A stretch of 64,000 nt of DNA. It comes from TPA_inf: Saccharomyces (taxonomy: Eukaryota). The number at the start of each line of letters is the position of its first letter. The first letter of the stretch is position 1. The notes beneath the pieces were generated by a model. The model was not told the origin of the DNA. It worked only from the letters and a program-made list of their open reading frames with translations, and searched no databases. Made by a program: the position numbers and the translations under genes. Below, piece after piece: positions 1 to 10,094 of the stretch. The stretch is from contig BK006947.3 of NCBI GenBank assembly GCA_000146045.2, positions 128,001-192,000 of the forward strand. Direction: 5' to 3'.

Positions 1-1084
1 CGTCGTCAGTCTTGTGCAACGTTTTCAATATATACATCCTTGCGTGTTCGATAATGTCATCTCTAGATTCTCCACAAAAGGAACATGCGGCGTGCACTGC
101 AACTGGAGGTGAATCTAAGGGAAACTTGAACATTTTTGGCATATTCGAAGTGGCTTGCTTTGCAGGGCTACTTGAGTTGTAGCCAATTTGGTAGGTTGCA
201 TTAACGCCGCTTAGGGGTTCCACGACCACCAAACCATCTATAATCAAGGAAAGTAGGGTTTTTTTAACCAACCAGCCGATGCCTGAAGCATTATCAATCT
301 TAAGTATAGGCTGGATTTCATCATTTACCAATCTTCGTATTAACTTTGATTCGGTTGAAGTTGCCTTTATGTTTTCACAACGGGGTAGTGCAGCGACAAA
401 TTTTAGAAATTCATTGTAAAGGCTTATATCATAACGAATAGATGAAATGCTTGGCGAGTACACAATTCCGCTATAAATATCTTGGGAAGCAAGAGAATAT
501 GAAGTTGGAACTTTATTCAAAGAAGTGCTAGAAGAAGTTGCTGAATCACTCAATATTGTGGAATATCTGTTCGAATTATTTGTGACTGTGCTTTCATTAT
601 CTAAACTATGCATCACTTTTTTCAGATTCTTGAGCTGTAGGGTCAAAGTATCCAGTAATGTGTCCTTTTCACGCAGTTGTTCAGTGAGTCTCTTATTTAA
701 GATTTCGATAGCATATTTCTCCTTTCTAGCATCAGCAACCATATTATTAGCCTCATCAAAGAGGGAAGCAGTCAGATCCTCAACTTCTTTATTTAGTTTA
801 TCCGCTTCCTCTTCAGCTTTAGTTCGAAGCTCATTTTCTTTGGCTATATCTTCACGCAATCTTTTCACTTCGTCATCTCTGTCTGACAATTCTCTTTTTA
901 AAGTGTTGTAATCTTCTTTCAACTGATTATAGTTTTCAATTGCTGCCTTCTGGCTGGCTATTGTTTTTAAGGATTTATTAAGCTGTTCTTCTAAGTGTGA
1001 CTGTTTATCCACGCTCTCGATCAATTGCGTAGACAGGGATGTAACCTGTATTGATACTCTTTTTGCTTCCTCAGAAGCATCCAT
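1..1084 (-). CDS. SEC2: Partial CDS (first ~361 codons; 3' end lies beyond window start): Sec2, guanine-nucleotide exchange factor for Rab Sec4, N-terminal coiled coil
   Basis: Minus-strand ATG at 1082-1084. Translation MDASEEAKRVSIQVTSLSTQLIESVDKQSHLEEQLNK... is heptad-rich and stays open to the window edge; recognised as the Sec2 N-terminus. The plus-strand ORF 525..911 is its antisense shadow. Confidence 0.85.
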   Translation of the reverse strand, partial: MDASEEAKRVSIQVTSLSTQLIESVDKQSHLEEQLNKSLKTIASQKAAIENYNQLKEDYNTLKRELSDRDDEVKRLREDIAKENELRTKAEEEADKLNKEVEDLTASLFDEANNMVADARKEKYAIEILNKRLTEQLREKDTLLDTLTLQLKNLKKVMHSLDNESTVTNNSNRYSTILSDSATSSSTSLNKVPTSYSLASQDIYSGIVYSPSISSIRYDISLYNEFLKFVAALPRCENIKATSTESKLIRRLVNDEIQPILKIDNASGIGWLVKKTLLSLIIDGLVVVEPLSGVNATYQIGYNSSSPAKQATSNMPKMFKFPLDSPPVAVHAACSFCGESRDDIIEHARMYILKTLHKTDD

Positions 1085-1521
1085 ATTGAAACCTTTATCA
1101 AACACAGCTAGTAAAGGAAAATATATCCCAGTGAACTAAAGGTCAAAATTTTCTACAACTTTTGGATGGAAATCAACGTTGCTACAGCTGCAAGTGACAA
1201 ATGATATTATTGCACGAATCACTGTGCTTGTCACTTAGGTAAACGAGAGCCATGTTTTAAAGGTGCTTCAGCGAACGCGAAATACAAGTTCCGGGTAGTC
1301 ACATGGAAACAATGGCACATAATAAAAGGAATTATTTCAAAAATGCAATAGTAGAGATCATTTGAGTAAAGATGAATGTAAAGTGTATCATAAGTGATCT
1401 ATAAACATTAAAATTATATATATATATGTGATTTAATGATTCGTGACTATTTCTTTGTACTAGTGCTTGTTTGGATGTTTGTTTTGGTATTACTGTTGTC
1501 ATAATTTTTTGGTTTAATATT

Positions 1522-4500
1522 TTATTTGAAACTTAGCCTGTTACCTGTGCTAGCCTCACCTATGGATCTTTCCTTGCGGGCCCTCAATTTTTCTAGATGT
1601 TCATCGAGTATGGAATTTTGCTTTACTGGTGTGTCAGAGCCTCTTAGCTCCTTTAATAACATTCTAGCTCTGTCACTAATTTCCTCTTGATCTTCCAGCG
1701 CAGATGTCTTGGATGGCGATGGTAAATCTTCAGAGGTATTCATAACACCCCTTGTGGCAAGCGGAGTGGGTGATTCAGCGTGAATCACTGTATCGGCAGT
1801 AGGGTCCATAGCTTCTGGAGAATAAAGAATAGACCCTTCTTCAGTATCCAAATCGTTGAGTAATTGTGGAGCGTTGTCTTTTTCAGAAAGATATTTTTTC
1901 CTCACTAGGGCTCTCTTTCTGGCGGAAGATGGGTCACTTTTAGCAGGACCTGCATTTTTCAACTGTTCTAATAGTTTATCCATAACAGCGCGCCTATCTT
2001 CTGCTTCATCCTCTTCATTTCCTTCAGATGAAGGCGAATTGCTGTTCTCTTTTTGTTTTTCCTTTTCTTGTGCCCTTTTTTGCTGTTCTTCCACTATTTT
2101 CTTATGCTTTATATAAAGTCTTTCTTCTTCTTCCGCGGCTAGATTTTGCGCTTGAGCTTTTTTGTATTCATTTATAAAATCTGCAAATTTCTTAAAGAAT
2201 GAGATTTTTGCAAACTTATCACCAGAATCTTCACCGTACGTATGCATCAGACTTTCAAATTCCATGATAGTCAGCTTAACTTCGTCTTCTAACAAGTCCC
2301 CCTTTTTTCTGGCTTCCGGTAACACGGGCAATGTTTTTATCAAAACTTTATCTAATGGATGAAACTTTGAGGAATCGCTTAAATTACCAATTTCAACTGA
2401 ACGCTCTACGTTTACAATCGATTGGCTAAAGTCCTTACAGTCGTTAACTAACTGCTCAATGGAAACTTTCACGACATCCAATACAGGTTCTAATTCACTT
2501 AGAAAGTCATTGAAGCTTGGATAATTTAACCTGACAATTTTTTCGACGTAATTTAGAAAGGTCATGCTATTGGTAGTATCCTTGATAAACGTCAACCTCT
2601 GCAAGGTTGAAAGTTTGAAACCTTGTGCCTGCTTAGAAGTGTCGTTCATGAAATTACCAACTGCTAAGATAACATTAAAGACATTGCGCAAGTTATCTGA
2701 TTCTTGAAGCGCGCTAACAGCTTTGTCGACTTTTCTTAACTTTGCCAATAACTCATTATATTCTCTTTCATACGAAGTAACCACTGTGAGAGCTCTCATA
2801 CGTGAACCCCAGTATGATTCTAGATTAACCATCAATTGCAAATAAATTTGGTCAGCCCTCTGTAAATCGTTTGGATCTTTTTCAGGGGGCTTGGCATCTT
2901 CGAGATTCCTCACGCCCTCCCAGTCTGTCGAATACGGGGCGTAATTCCTAGCTAAATTAACAGAAACTTCAATTATTTCAGATTTTGACAAAAACTCAAC
3001 AACACTCGGTGTTTGCAAAAAATCCCTATCGCAGTTTAGAATCTTTTTCACCAGATCGGCAACCGAAAGTGATGAATACATATGCAAATTGATACCAAAC
3101 TGTTGAGAAATATCCCTGGATAAAAATGTAATTTTCTGCAGATCTTCCTTGCGCTTGCTTGCTAATGATTTAATTTCCCTAGCGGCAAAGGCCTTTTCTA
3201 AATCAGCAAGAACACCCTTTTCGTATAAGTCATCTGCGAACTTCTCAGCTTTACCTGTACCCCAAATAGAATTATCAGTACAATCTAATTTTTCCCAATG
3301 CAGTTGCTTTAATTTCTTGTGTGGACGAGGATACTTTTCAAATAATGAGGGCGATTGAGGAAGTAATGGTGATGTTACAGCTGATTTGATTTGCGATGCC
3401 GGCATCATAGGTGGAGCTGGCGGAATGACGCCATCAGTAGATGAAGATAATACAGATGGTAGCGGCGGCGGTGGTGGTGTTTCTCCCTTGGGTTTGCCGA
3501 ACAATGCCATGGGTGGAGGAGGAGGTGGTGGTGGTGGAGGGGGAGGAGCAGGAGAATCCCCAGTAGTTTCTTGCTTGACAGTGTCGTCTTCCGACTTTTT
3601 CTCTTTCTCCAACGATTCACCGAACAATTTGGCGGGAACTGGAGGAGGAGGAGGAGGAGGCGGTGGCGGCTGTGAGGAGAGTACAGATGATTGAGTAGAG
3701 AGATCTTCTGCGCCATCTGTATTATTCAGTTTACTCACAGCGCTGAAATCCGCTGTTTTATCTTCTTCATGATTTACCACACGCCCTTGCTTTCCGTTTT
3801 CCACATGTTGTCTCATGTCTTTCTCAGCTTTGTCAAAGGCGGAAGCTGCACTTGCCGTGCTGTTTTCCGGTAAAGATTTTTTATCTAGACCTTCATCTTC
3901 ATTTTGTTCATATGGTTCAACTTTATTTACCTTCTGTGTTAACTCCTCTAAATATGGAGCAGAAGACACGGTGGATTTTCTGAGTCTGTTCATAAAGGTC
4001 TTTTCAACTTTACTATGTAGAGGTCCAATACCCGAACCGTTATTGTTCTCTCCAAAAGCAGCCGATGCAGTAACATTTTGACCAGTACCATATTTTTGAG
4101 ATAAGGCATCGAGAAAAGACCCAGGACCTGATCCTGAAGATAGCTCTGAGTGTTCGCTCCTTAGTTCTTGAGTTGGAGATGCGTCTTGGTATATTTCCTC
4201 ACTTTCATCATCAGAACTTGAAGAGGAAAGATCGCTTTCCCCATCTTCTTCTACTTGTATTTCGTGTTCGGTTTGAGTCTGAATATCTAACAACTGGTCC
4301 GTTATTCTATTAATCTCGTCTAACTTTTTCTGATATGTCTTAGGGTCAAGACTGGCATAGTTAGCGTCTTCTTCCGTTTCCACGTCCCCAGTATTTTTCT
4401 TTGGACTGTCCATAATCTCGTCGACATTAAAGTCAATACCAAATCCTTTGTATTTTGTTTCTAGTTCTTTCAGTCTCTTTAAAGCCAGAGATTTCTTTTC

Positions 4501-7383
4501 ATTAAATAGCTCATTAACACGTTCTTCGACGTTAAATTTGGAAATATCATTACTTTCCATTTGGATTTCAGCCAAAGCCCGCCTTAGGTCATTTAGTTTA
4601 TTTACGTCCGCCTCTTGAGGCTTGACTAAAGGTTTCCTATCCTTATTTTTCATCTTCTTCACTTTGGGCTTCTTAATATGTATTGGAGGTTCAAGACGAT
4701 CTTTCTCAAATTCAGCAAAATTTGTCATCTCTAGTTGCCTGGCTTCATTTTCAATATTTTCCATTTGCATTCTTAACATTTTTAATCTCTTATTAGGTTG
4801 AAGTGTCATGCCGAATTTTTTTGAATCATCCTTGTAATCCTTTTTTGCTCTTGATAATCCGTCCTGTAACACCTTTTGGATATTCGCTTTCTCTGAAGAA
4901 TTTAGGCTCGAGTTCATACCTCTGGTGCCTTCATTCTTATTGAAGCTTTCTTCAGGCCTCGAATTCAATATAGTCAACATTTTTCTCAATTCTACCTCTT
5001 GCTGATGCTTTTCCAAAAGATGCTTCTTTTTCAACTCTTCTAACTCAGCTTCCAGCTGCTGCATAACTCTCTGATTCTTAGCTAAAATACGATCTCTCTC
5101 ATGCAACTCATCTTCTAACTGTCCAACGAGTCCGTGCTCCGCCTTGCTTAACTTTTCACTTAAAGAATCCCTTTCTGCCTGAATTTCTTCCAATTTCTTC
5201 GTTAGAGCTCTACTTTCTAATATAGCTCGACGTGCAACTTCATCAGTCTGCATGGCATCGTAAAGCCGCTGGATAGCCATATTCATATTAGTTTCTTCAT
5301 CAGAAGTTGAGGCAACACTAACATTAGTCACCAAAGAATCCATAAGTTTCAATTGCTTAGTAAGTTTAGAGGAATTTTGGTTTTCTTCTATTAACTTTGA
5401 ACTAGAAAGGAAAAGATGTTGAACTAAAGATACTAAAAGCTTTTCATTCTCGGTACCTTTACATATATCCCAAAGGTTTTTTAATAATGATAGTGGATCG
5501 TGTAAATCTACATTAAAAGCCTTATTGTTGGCCTCTAATTTAACGTTAAAATCGTCAAGTTTATTATTGTCATATAACTCAATTTGGTCAATTACCTTGT
5601 CGTAATCTAGCAGTTTTATTTTGTTCATAATTCGTAAAATTCCACAATTTTCTAGTTTCGTCCTTAATAGCATTCTTTGATTTATGTTATCAGAGCAAGA
5701 GCATAAATGATTGATAAAAACCATTGTCCATTGGCAGTATTCTAGAATCGCATTTTCACCCCCACCATTTTTAAATTCATCCGACGCGCCTACTAAGGAA
5801 CCCATTTTTCCTCTTCCATCTAAAGTTTGTTCAACGGCAAATAACCAGGCTTGAATAATTTTCAAATGACTTTCCAAGGTTAAATGAGAGAAATACTGGG
5901 GCATTTTTTTGAAGTTTTGAATCATATGAAGATTTTGCCCTATCCTAAACTTTTTATCTAGTGAGGTAAGAACTGCTTCGAATCTGCTTTTATTTTTTTT
6001 TTCTAGCATACAAACAAAAATTTCAGTGGCCATTTTCCTTGTGGCCAGTTTCGTAGAGAATAAACCTTCTGCAACAGTATCAGTCATTAACCTATGTGTA
6101 CTGAACTCATACAAACCTTGTGAGAGCATTGATAAGACTCTGAAGCATTTAAAAAATGAATTTTCTTTCTCTAATAATTCTTTAGTCAAGTTTTCTCGGG
6201 GTGCAGTCTTATAAATAGAGTTCATTAGTACATTAGCCATAGCAATGTGACCCTGATGGTCTATAAAAGCGTCTACCCAGTCTAACTGTTCAGTTCTTAA
6301 AGTTACCCATAAATCTTTCATCTCATCGCTAGTAAGTTTGTCTGCCAGGATTCGTTGCACATAATGTATCGGTGGTCTGTTTGTTCTGTCTCCTGGAAGA
6401 GTAGATGCACTCGTATTGTTCTCAGCCCCACCTCTATAAATATTGTTTAGAGATGGCTGCTTTTTCAAACTCCCGCTCACTAATTTTTTCCCCTTCGAGG
6501 TTGACGTACCTACCGATGAAAGAGTAGTAGAATGATTTAAACTGTTGCTGTATACAGTTGAGGTGGGAGAAGAGGCGCTTGTCATCAAAACAGATTTGGG
6601 AGACGAAAGAGATGAATTAGCCGTAAGGATAGGATGATGGTCCGACGCCATCGAAGTTCTGGAGGCAGTGGAAGAAGATGTAGTGTTTGCTCGCATTTTT
6701 TTTAGCTCATTTTGTAAATCCTGCTTAACAATCAGCCATTTCTTCTCAATGCTGTAGCCCATCAGAGCTTCTTGTTTGTCCTCTGATAAAGACTGAAAAA
6801 TATTTCTTTTATACATAATATCTTCAAACAAAACTTCCACCTCGTATGGGTCCGACGGCATTTCTAAATAAATTTTACCATCGGGTGTAGTGAATTTGCT
6901 CAAGTTAGTTAGCGAACCTTGAGAGAGAAGACTTGATGCGGAGTGACTTTGCCCGGTATGCTGCCTTGTTAGCTTATTGGACGCCTGTGAAGAATTCCTC
7001 TTGGAATACGAATATTTCGATTGCATTGAATGCGACCTTGCGTGCTGTGAGGATACGGGAACATCTCCACTTAATTTACCATTCATATATTGAGACAAGT
7101 TTTGTGTGTTTAATGTCGATTTTTTATTCAACGGCCTCGCCTCAGTAGATGTAGACCTAGAAGGTGCATTCAGTTTTCTAAAAGATGACGAAGATGCAGG
7201 TGAAGTGGACACTTCGTTTCCCACTGGAGAGTGCTGTTGTTGGGATGCATAGGTCGGAGAACCCGTATTGCTATTCGTTGCATTTGAGTTAGCCAAACGC
7301 TTCAAATTTTGGAATATACCAGAACTCGAATTCGAATGACTTTCCTTTGAGTTCGAATGTTTGGAGCCTGAATTCTTCAACAT
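1522..7383 (-). CDS. BNI1: Formin Bni1 (1953 aa): FH3/DID, coiled coil, FH1 polyproline, FH2 actin-nucleation domain
   Basis: Single 5862-nt ORF with an ATG start (cat at 7381-7383). Long poly-Pro runs (PPPPPPPPPPPPVPAKLFG, APPPPPPPPPPPPMALFGKPK) mark the FH1 region and precede an FH2-type block. The 1953 aa length matches Bni1. Confidence 0.95.
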   Translation of the reverse strand: MLKNSGSKHSNSKESHSNSSSGIFQNLKRLANSNATNSNTGSPTYASQQQHSPVGNEVSTSPASSSSFRKLNAPSRSTSTEARPLNKKSTLNTQNLSQYMNGKLSGDVPVSSQHARSHSMQSKYSYSKRNSSQASNKLTRQHTGQSHSASSLLSQGSLTNLSKFTTPDGKIYLEMPSDPYEVEVLFEDIMYKRNIFQSLSEDKQEALMGYSIEKKWLIVKQDLQNELKKMRANTTSSSTASRTSMASDHHPILTANSSLSSPKSVLMTSASSPTSTVYSNSLNHSTTLSSVGTSTSKGKKLVSGSLKKQPSLNNIYRGGAENNTSASTLPGDRTNRPPIHYVQRILADKLTSDEMKDLWVTLRTEQLDWVDAFIDHQGHIAMANVLMNSIYKTAPRENLTKELLEKENSFFKCFRVLSMLSQGLYEFSTHRLMTDTVAEGLFSTKLATRKMATEIFVCMLEKKNKSRFEAVLTSLDKKFRIGQNLHMIQNFKKMPQYFSHLTLESHLKIIQAWLFAVEQTLDGRGKMGSLVGASDEFKNGGGENAILEYCQWTMVFINHLCSCSDNINQRMLLRTKLENCGILRIMNKIKLLDYDKVIDQIELYDNNKLDDFNVKLEANNKAFNVDLHDPLSLLKNLWDICKGTENEKLLVSLVQHLFLSSSKLIEENQNSSKLTKQLKLMDSLVTNVSVASTSDEETNMNMAIQRLYDAMQTDEVARRAILESRALTKKLEEIQAERDSLSEKLSKAEHGLVGQLEDELHERDRILAKNQRVMQQLEAELEELKKKHLLEKHQQEVELRKMLTILNSRPEESFNKNEGTRGMNSSLNSSEKANIQKVLQDGLSRAKKDYKDDSKKFGMTLQPNKRLKMLRMQMENIENEARQLEMTNFAEFEKDRLEPPIHIKKPKVKKMKNKDRKPLVKPQEADVNKLNDLRRALAEIQMESNDISKFNVEERVNELFNEKKSLALKRLKELETKYKGFGIDFNVDEIMDSPKKNTGDVETEEDANYASLDPKTYQKKLDEINRITDQLLDIQTQTEHEIQVEEDGESDLSSSSSDDESEEIYQDASPTQELRSEHSELSSGSGPGSFLDALSQKYGTGQNVTASAAFGENNNGSGIGPLHSKVEKTFMNRLRKSTVSSAPYLEELTQKVNKVEPYEQNEDEGLDKKSLPENSTASAASAFDKAEKDMRQHVENGKQGRVVNHEEDKTADFSAVSKLNNTDGAEDLSTQSSVLSSQPPPPPPPPPPVPAKLFGESLEKEKKSEDDTVKQETTGDSPAPPPPPPPPPPPPMALFGKPKGETPPPPPLPSVLSSSTDGVIPPAPPMMPASQIKSAVTSPLLPQSPSLFEKYPRPHKKLKQLHWEKLDCTDNSIWGTGKAEKFADDLYEKGVLADLEKAFAAREIKSLASKRKEDLQKITFLSRDISQQFGINLHMYSSLSVADLVKKILNCDRDFLQTPSVVEFLSKSEIIEVSVNLARNYAPYSTDWEGVRNLEDAKPPEKDPNDLQRADQIYLQLMVNLESYWGSRMRALTVVTSYEREYNELLAKLRKVDKAVSALQESDNLRNVFNVILAVGNFMNDTSKQAQGFKLSTLQRLTFIKDTTNSMTFLNYVEKIVRLNYPSFNDFLSELEPVLDVVKVSIEQLVNDCKDFSQSIVNVERSVEIGNLSDSSKFHPLDKVLIKTLPVLPEARKKGDLLEDEVKLTIMEFESLMHTYGEDSGDKFAKISFFKKFADFINEYKKAQAQNLAAEEEERLYIKHKKIVEEQQKRAQEKEKQKENSNSPSSEGNEEDEAEDRRAVMDKLLEQLKNAGPAKSDPSSARKRALVRKKYLSEKDNAPQLLNDLDTEEGSILYSPEAMDPTADTVIHAESPTPLATRGVMNTSEDLPSPSKTSALEDQEEISDRARMLLKELRGSDTPVKQNSILDEHLEKLRARKERSIGEASTGNRLSFK
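3400..3700 (-). repeat. Coding (CCN)n/(GGN)n low-complexity tract encoding the Bni1 FH1 polyproline stretches
   Basis: Plus strand shows ggtggaggaggaggtggtggtggtggagggggagg and ggaggaggaggaggaggaggcggtggcggc. The antisense ORFs 3386..3694 (poly-Gly) and 3405..3716 (His/Leu-rich) are artefacts of this repeat. Confidence 0.9.
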
Positions 7384-7870
7384 TTCCTTTCCTTCTCTTC
7401 CTTTCTTGCTTCTCGTTTGTTGAAAAGGTTCAGGTGCCTTCTTTATGTGGCGTGTATTTAGAATTTAACTAGGCTTGAGTTAAAATGTTTCTCCTCAATA
7501 CAGAAGATAGATACAAATGGCAAAAAAAAAAGTAAAAAATGGCCCAACTGTATGAGACGTATAAAAAACGTGAAGGGTGAAGAAAAGAATGCCACTGTCC
7601 AATTTTATGCTTAATACGAAAATAATTAACACACAGCCGTCAGTGTCCTCTTATCTGTAGGAAGGGTCCGTGCTATTGTTCTTAAAAGGGATTCTAGTTT
7701 TCCACATCTGTTTTTTCTTTCTTTCCCTCTTCCACGTCAAAAACTTCCTCTAACCGATGTCGGGTAAGCCATGGAAATTACGGGCGATGACTTTCGGCGG
7801 CTAACAACGAAACAACTAGGGAGTAATCATATAATCACAGGAAAAGAGTTGAGCAAGGATTTGGCAAATA

Positions 7871-7875
7871 TACAT

Positions 7876-7907
<32 letters not shown>

Positions 7908-7917
7908 GTGTGTGTGT
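7871..7917. repeat. Compound microsatellite (TACA)n-(TA)n-(TG)n in the BNI1 upstream / ALP1 downstream intergenic region
   Basis: tacatatacatacatacatacatacatacatatatatgtgtgtgtgtg read directly. The alternating purine-pyrimidine stretch has Z-DNA potential. Confidence 0.95.
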
Positions 7918-7939
7918 GGTATGGAGTATTATTCTAAAA

Positions 7940-9661
7940 TTATGAAAGGACATCCCAAACTCGTTGCCACCTTGTTTTACATTCTGGCTCTATCCATACC
8001 AACTCCTCTATTTGCCGGCGGTCAGAATCGATATCGATATCCTGCAGCTTCCAGAGTAAGCGGCACTTAAACCAAACTTGGAATGATAACCATATGGCCA
8101 AAAATAGGAATATTGATATATATGCAGCGACAAAGTCTATAGGCTGAAAAGTAGGTGCGAAAGCGGTGAAGCCCTGGATCAGAACAATTAGAGCGATGAA
8201 AAAAGATGCATAATATGCCAAAAAAGGCATCATTTGAGCTTTATAAGGTAAGTCATCCCTCGATATACCACGTTTCCTTATGGCTTGCATGAAACGGATA
8301 TGAGAAAATGAAATCAAAAGCCAGGCAAAGAAACCGGCCACACCAGTTATGTTCAATAACCAGTTAAAGGCCTTGCCGCTGCCTGCAGAAACCTCTAAGA
8401 AAGCCAAAAATCCGAACACGGATGTAGATAGAACAGAAAAGTATGGAACACCACCTCTGGTCACGTTAGACAAGAACCTTGGCGCCAAGCTATTTTTAGA
8501 CAGACTATACAGTACTCTTGAGCCAATGTACACATTAGAGTTACCTGCGGAAAGAATGGTGATTAGCACGACCGCGTTAAATATATCTGGGAGAACTTTT
8601 GTGCCTGAATTCTCAATGCTTATCATAAAGGGCGATGAAGAGACAAATATACCGTCACTATCCAACTTTGGGTCATTATATGGGACCAAAAGGCCAATGA
8701 AAAATAGTGAAAGAATGTAAAAGACTAGAATCCTCACTACAACTTTCTTTATTGCCCTCGGGAGAGCTTTTCTTGGGTTAGCCGCTTCACCAGCGGTTAT
8801 CCCAACCAGTTCAGTACCTTGGTACGTAAATGCAGCATTAATCAAAGAGGAAACCCATCCGAGAAAACGGCCCTCATTTTTATCACTGGAGATAATGCCA
8901 GGCCCCCAGGCTCCTGGATTTCTCCAGTACCTGAAACCGATGGGTCCATCAGATTGTCCCGCACCACACACAACACAGAATGAGAAAATGATAAAACCGA
9001 GCAACGCGATGACCTTTATGGAGGCAATACAAAACTCAAATTCTCCGTAATACTTTACGGGAAACATGTTCATTGAAGTTAACAGGCACCAAAAGATCAC
9101 GATCCAAGCCGCTAGAGGCACTGCTTCTGTCCAGTACTGAATAACTTTCCCCAAAACGGATAGTTCCAGTGCGAAGGTGAAACACCACGACAGCCAGTAC
9201 ATATATCCGTTAGTCGCTCCCAGCGCTGGCGACAGAAATCTTTGGGCGAAGACAGAAAATGAAGATGTAACCGGGATAAAAGTGACCATCTCTCCTAACG
9301 ATTGTGTAACGGAGTAAATCACTGTCCCCATAAATAAATACGATATCAAGGCACCAACAGGGCCGGCGTGTGCCAATGGCGGACCAATACCAATTATGAG
9401 GCCCGTCCCAATGGTGCCGCCGAGAGCAATCATCCCTATATGCCGCTGCTTTAACTTCCGCTTCACCTCTCTTCTTTCTTGTGGTGAGCTCTCTGTTTCC
9501 TTAGCAGCATCATCCTCGACTTTTCTCTCTGTGGTGATGGCCTTCGTAACGTTCTCCCCAGAATATTGTTCATCTACAAACTCCTCCTCTTTTATTATAG
9601 AGCTAGAATTGATTTCATACTGACCTTCCTTGGACATTTGTATGTTCACAGTTTCATCCAT
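7940..9661 (-). CDS. ALP1: Basic amino-acid (arginine) permease of the APC/YAT family, 573 aa, 12 TM helices
   Basis: 573-aa ORF with ATG start (cat 9659-9661). Permease signature [15 protein letters not shown]. Close paralog of the adjacent LYP1 and oriented divergently from it. Length and position next to BNI1 and LYP1 identify ALP1 rather than CAN1. Confidence 0.9.
   Translation of the reverse strand: MDETVNIQMSKEGQYEINSSSIIKEEEFVDEQYSGENVTKAITTERKVEDDAAKETESSPQERREVKRKLKQRHIGMIALGGTIGTGLIIGIGPPLAHAGPVGALISYLFMGTVIYSVTQSLGEMVTFIPVTSSFSVFAQRFLSPALGATNGYMYWLSWCFTFALELSVLGKVIQYWTEAVPLAAWIVIFWCLLTSMNMFPVKYYGEFEFCIASIKVIALLGFIIFSFCVVCGAGQSDGPIGFRYWRNPGAWGPGIISSDKNEGRFLGWVSSLINAAFTYQGTELVGITAGEAANPRKALPRAIKKVVVRILVFYILSLFFIGLLVPYNDPKLDSDGIFVSSSPFMISIENSGTKVLPDIFNAVVLITILSAGNSNVYIGSRVLYSLSKNSLAPRFLSNVTRGGVPYFSVLSTSVFGFLAFLEVSAGSGKAFNWLLNITGVAGFFAWLLISFSHIRFMQAIRKRGISRDDLPYKAQMMPFLAYYASFFIALIVLIQGFTAFAPTFQPIDFVAAYISIFLFLAIWLSFQVWFKCRLLWKLQDIDIDSDRRQIEELVWIEPECKTRWQRVWDVLS
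8768..8940 (-). repeat. ALP1 copy of a ~173-nt near-identical segment shared with LYP1 (candidate gene-conversion tract)
   Basis: The reverse complement of 8768-8940 aligns to LYP1 11388-11559 with about 7 mismatches, while flanking coding sequence differs at most third-codon positions. Confidence 0.85.
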
Positions 9662-9698
9662 GGCAATAATCGCAACACTACAATTTTGCCGCTAATAT

Positions 9699-10094
9699 AT
9701 GTCTATTGTGCTACGGAAGAGTAACAAAAAAAACAAAAACTGCATAACAAGCAAGTTTTATACAATACACATTATAAAAATTTCTACTCCGGTGTTCCGA
9801 GCTCCCATTGCCATTGGAGAAAGCCCTTATGTGGAGTGGAGCTGCCTACAGGTTGTTTTCAGGAAAGACATGGTTACAAAAAAGACGACATTCGCCCAAC
9901 TTATCACTCGCTTGAACCACTTTTTATGCCAAGCCCTTAAACGCCGCGACTCAAAAACATACATACTGTGCCGCACGGCAGTTTTTGGCGCTATGACACC
10001 CTTTTCCCCAAGAAAATCGCATATTAACAACAAATTACCCATGCAACCCAGGAAAAAAAAAATAGTCATTATATACGTAGTGCGCTTTCATTGA
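9699..10094 (+). CDS. BSC4: BSC4, 131-aa S. cerevisiae-restricted de novo-originated ORF (bypass of stop codon 4); TGA stop in leaky TGA-C context
   Basis: ATG at 9699-9701 and ORF MSIVLRKSNKKNKN...VVRFH of 131 aa. It sits in the 888-bp gap between the divergent ALP1 and LYP1, exactly where YNL269W/BSC4 maps. Stop TGA at 10092-10094 is followed by C at 10095. The same frame stays open for 106 further codons to TAG at 10413-10415. Confidence 0.85.
   Translation: MSIVLRKSNKKNKNCITSKFYTIHIIKISTPVFRAPIAIGESPYVEWSCLQVVFRKDMVTKKTTFAQLITRLNHFLCQALKRRDSKTYILCRTAVFGAMTPFSPRKSHINNKLPMQPRKKKIVIIYVVRFH

Noticed and set aside
525-911. 128-aa plus-strand ORF
   Set aside because: Antisense to the SEC2 coiled-coil coding region. 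The codon-biased antisense of heptad repeats often stays open.
3386-3716. Poly-Gly (3386..3694 +) and His/Leu-rich (3405..3716 -, alternative frame) ORFs
   Set aside because: Frame-shifted or antisense readings of the BNI1 FH1 (CCN)n polyproline-coding repeat. Repeat artefacts.
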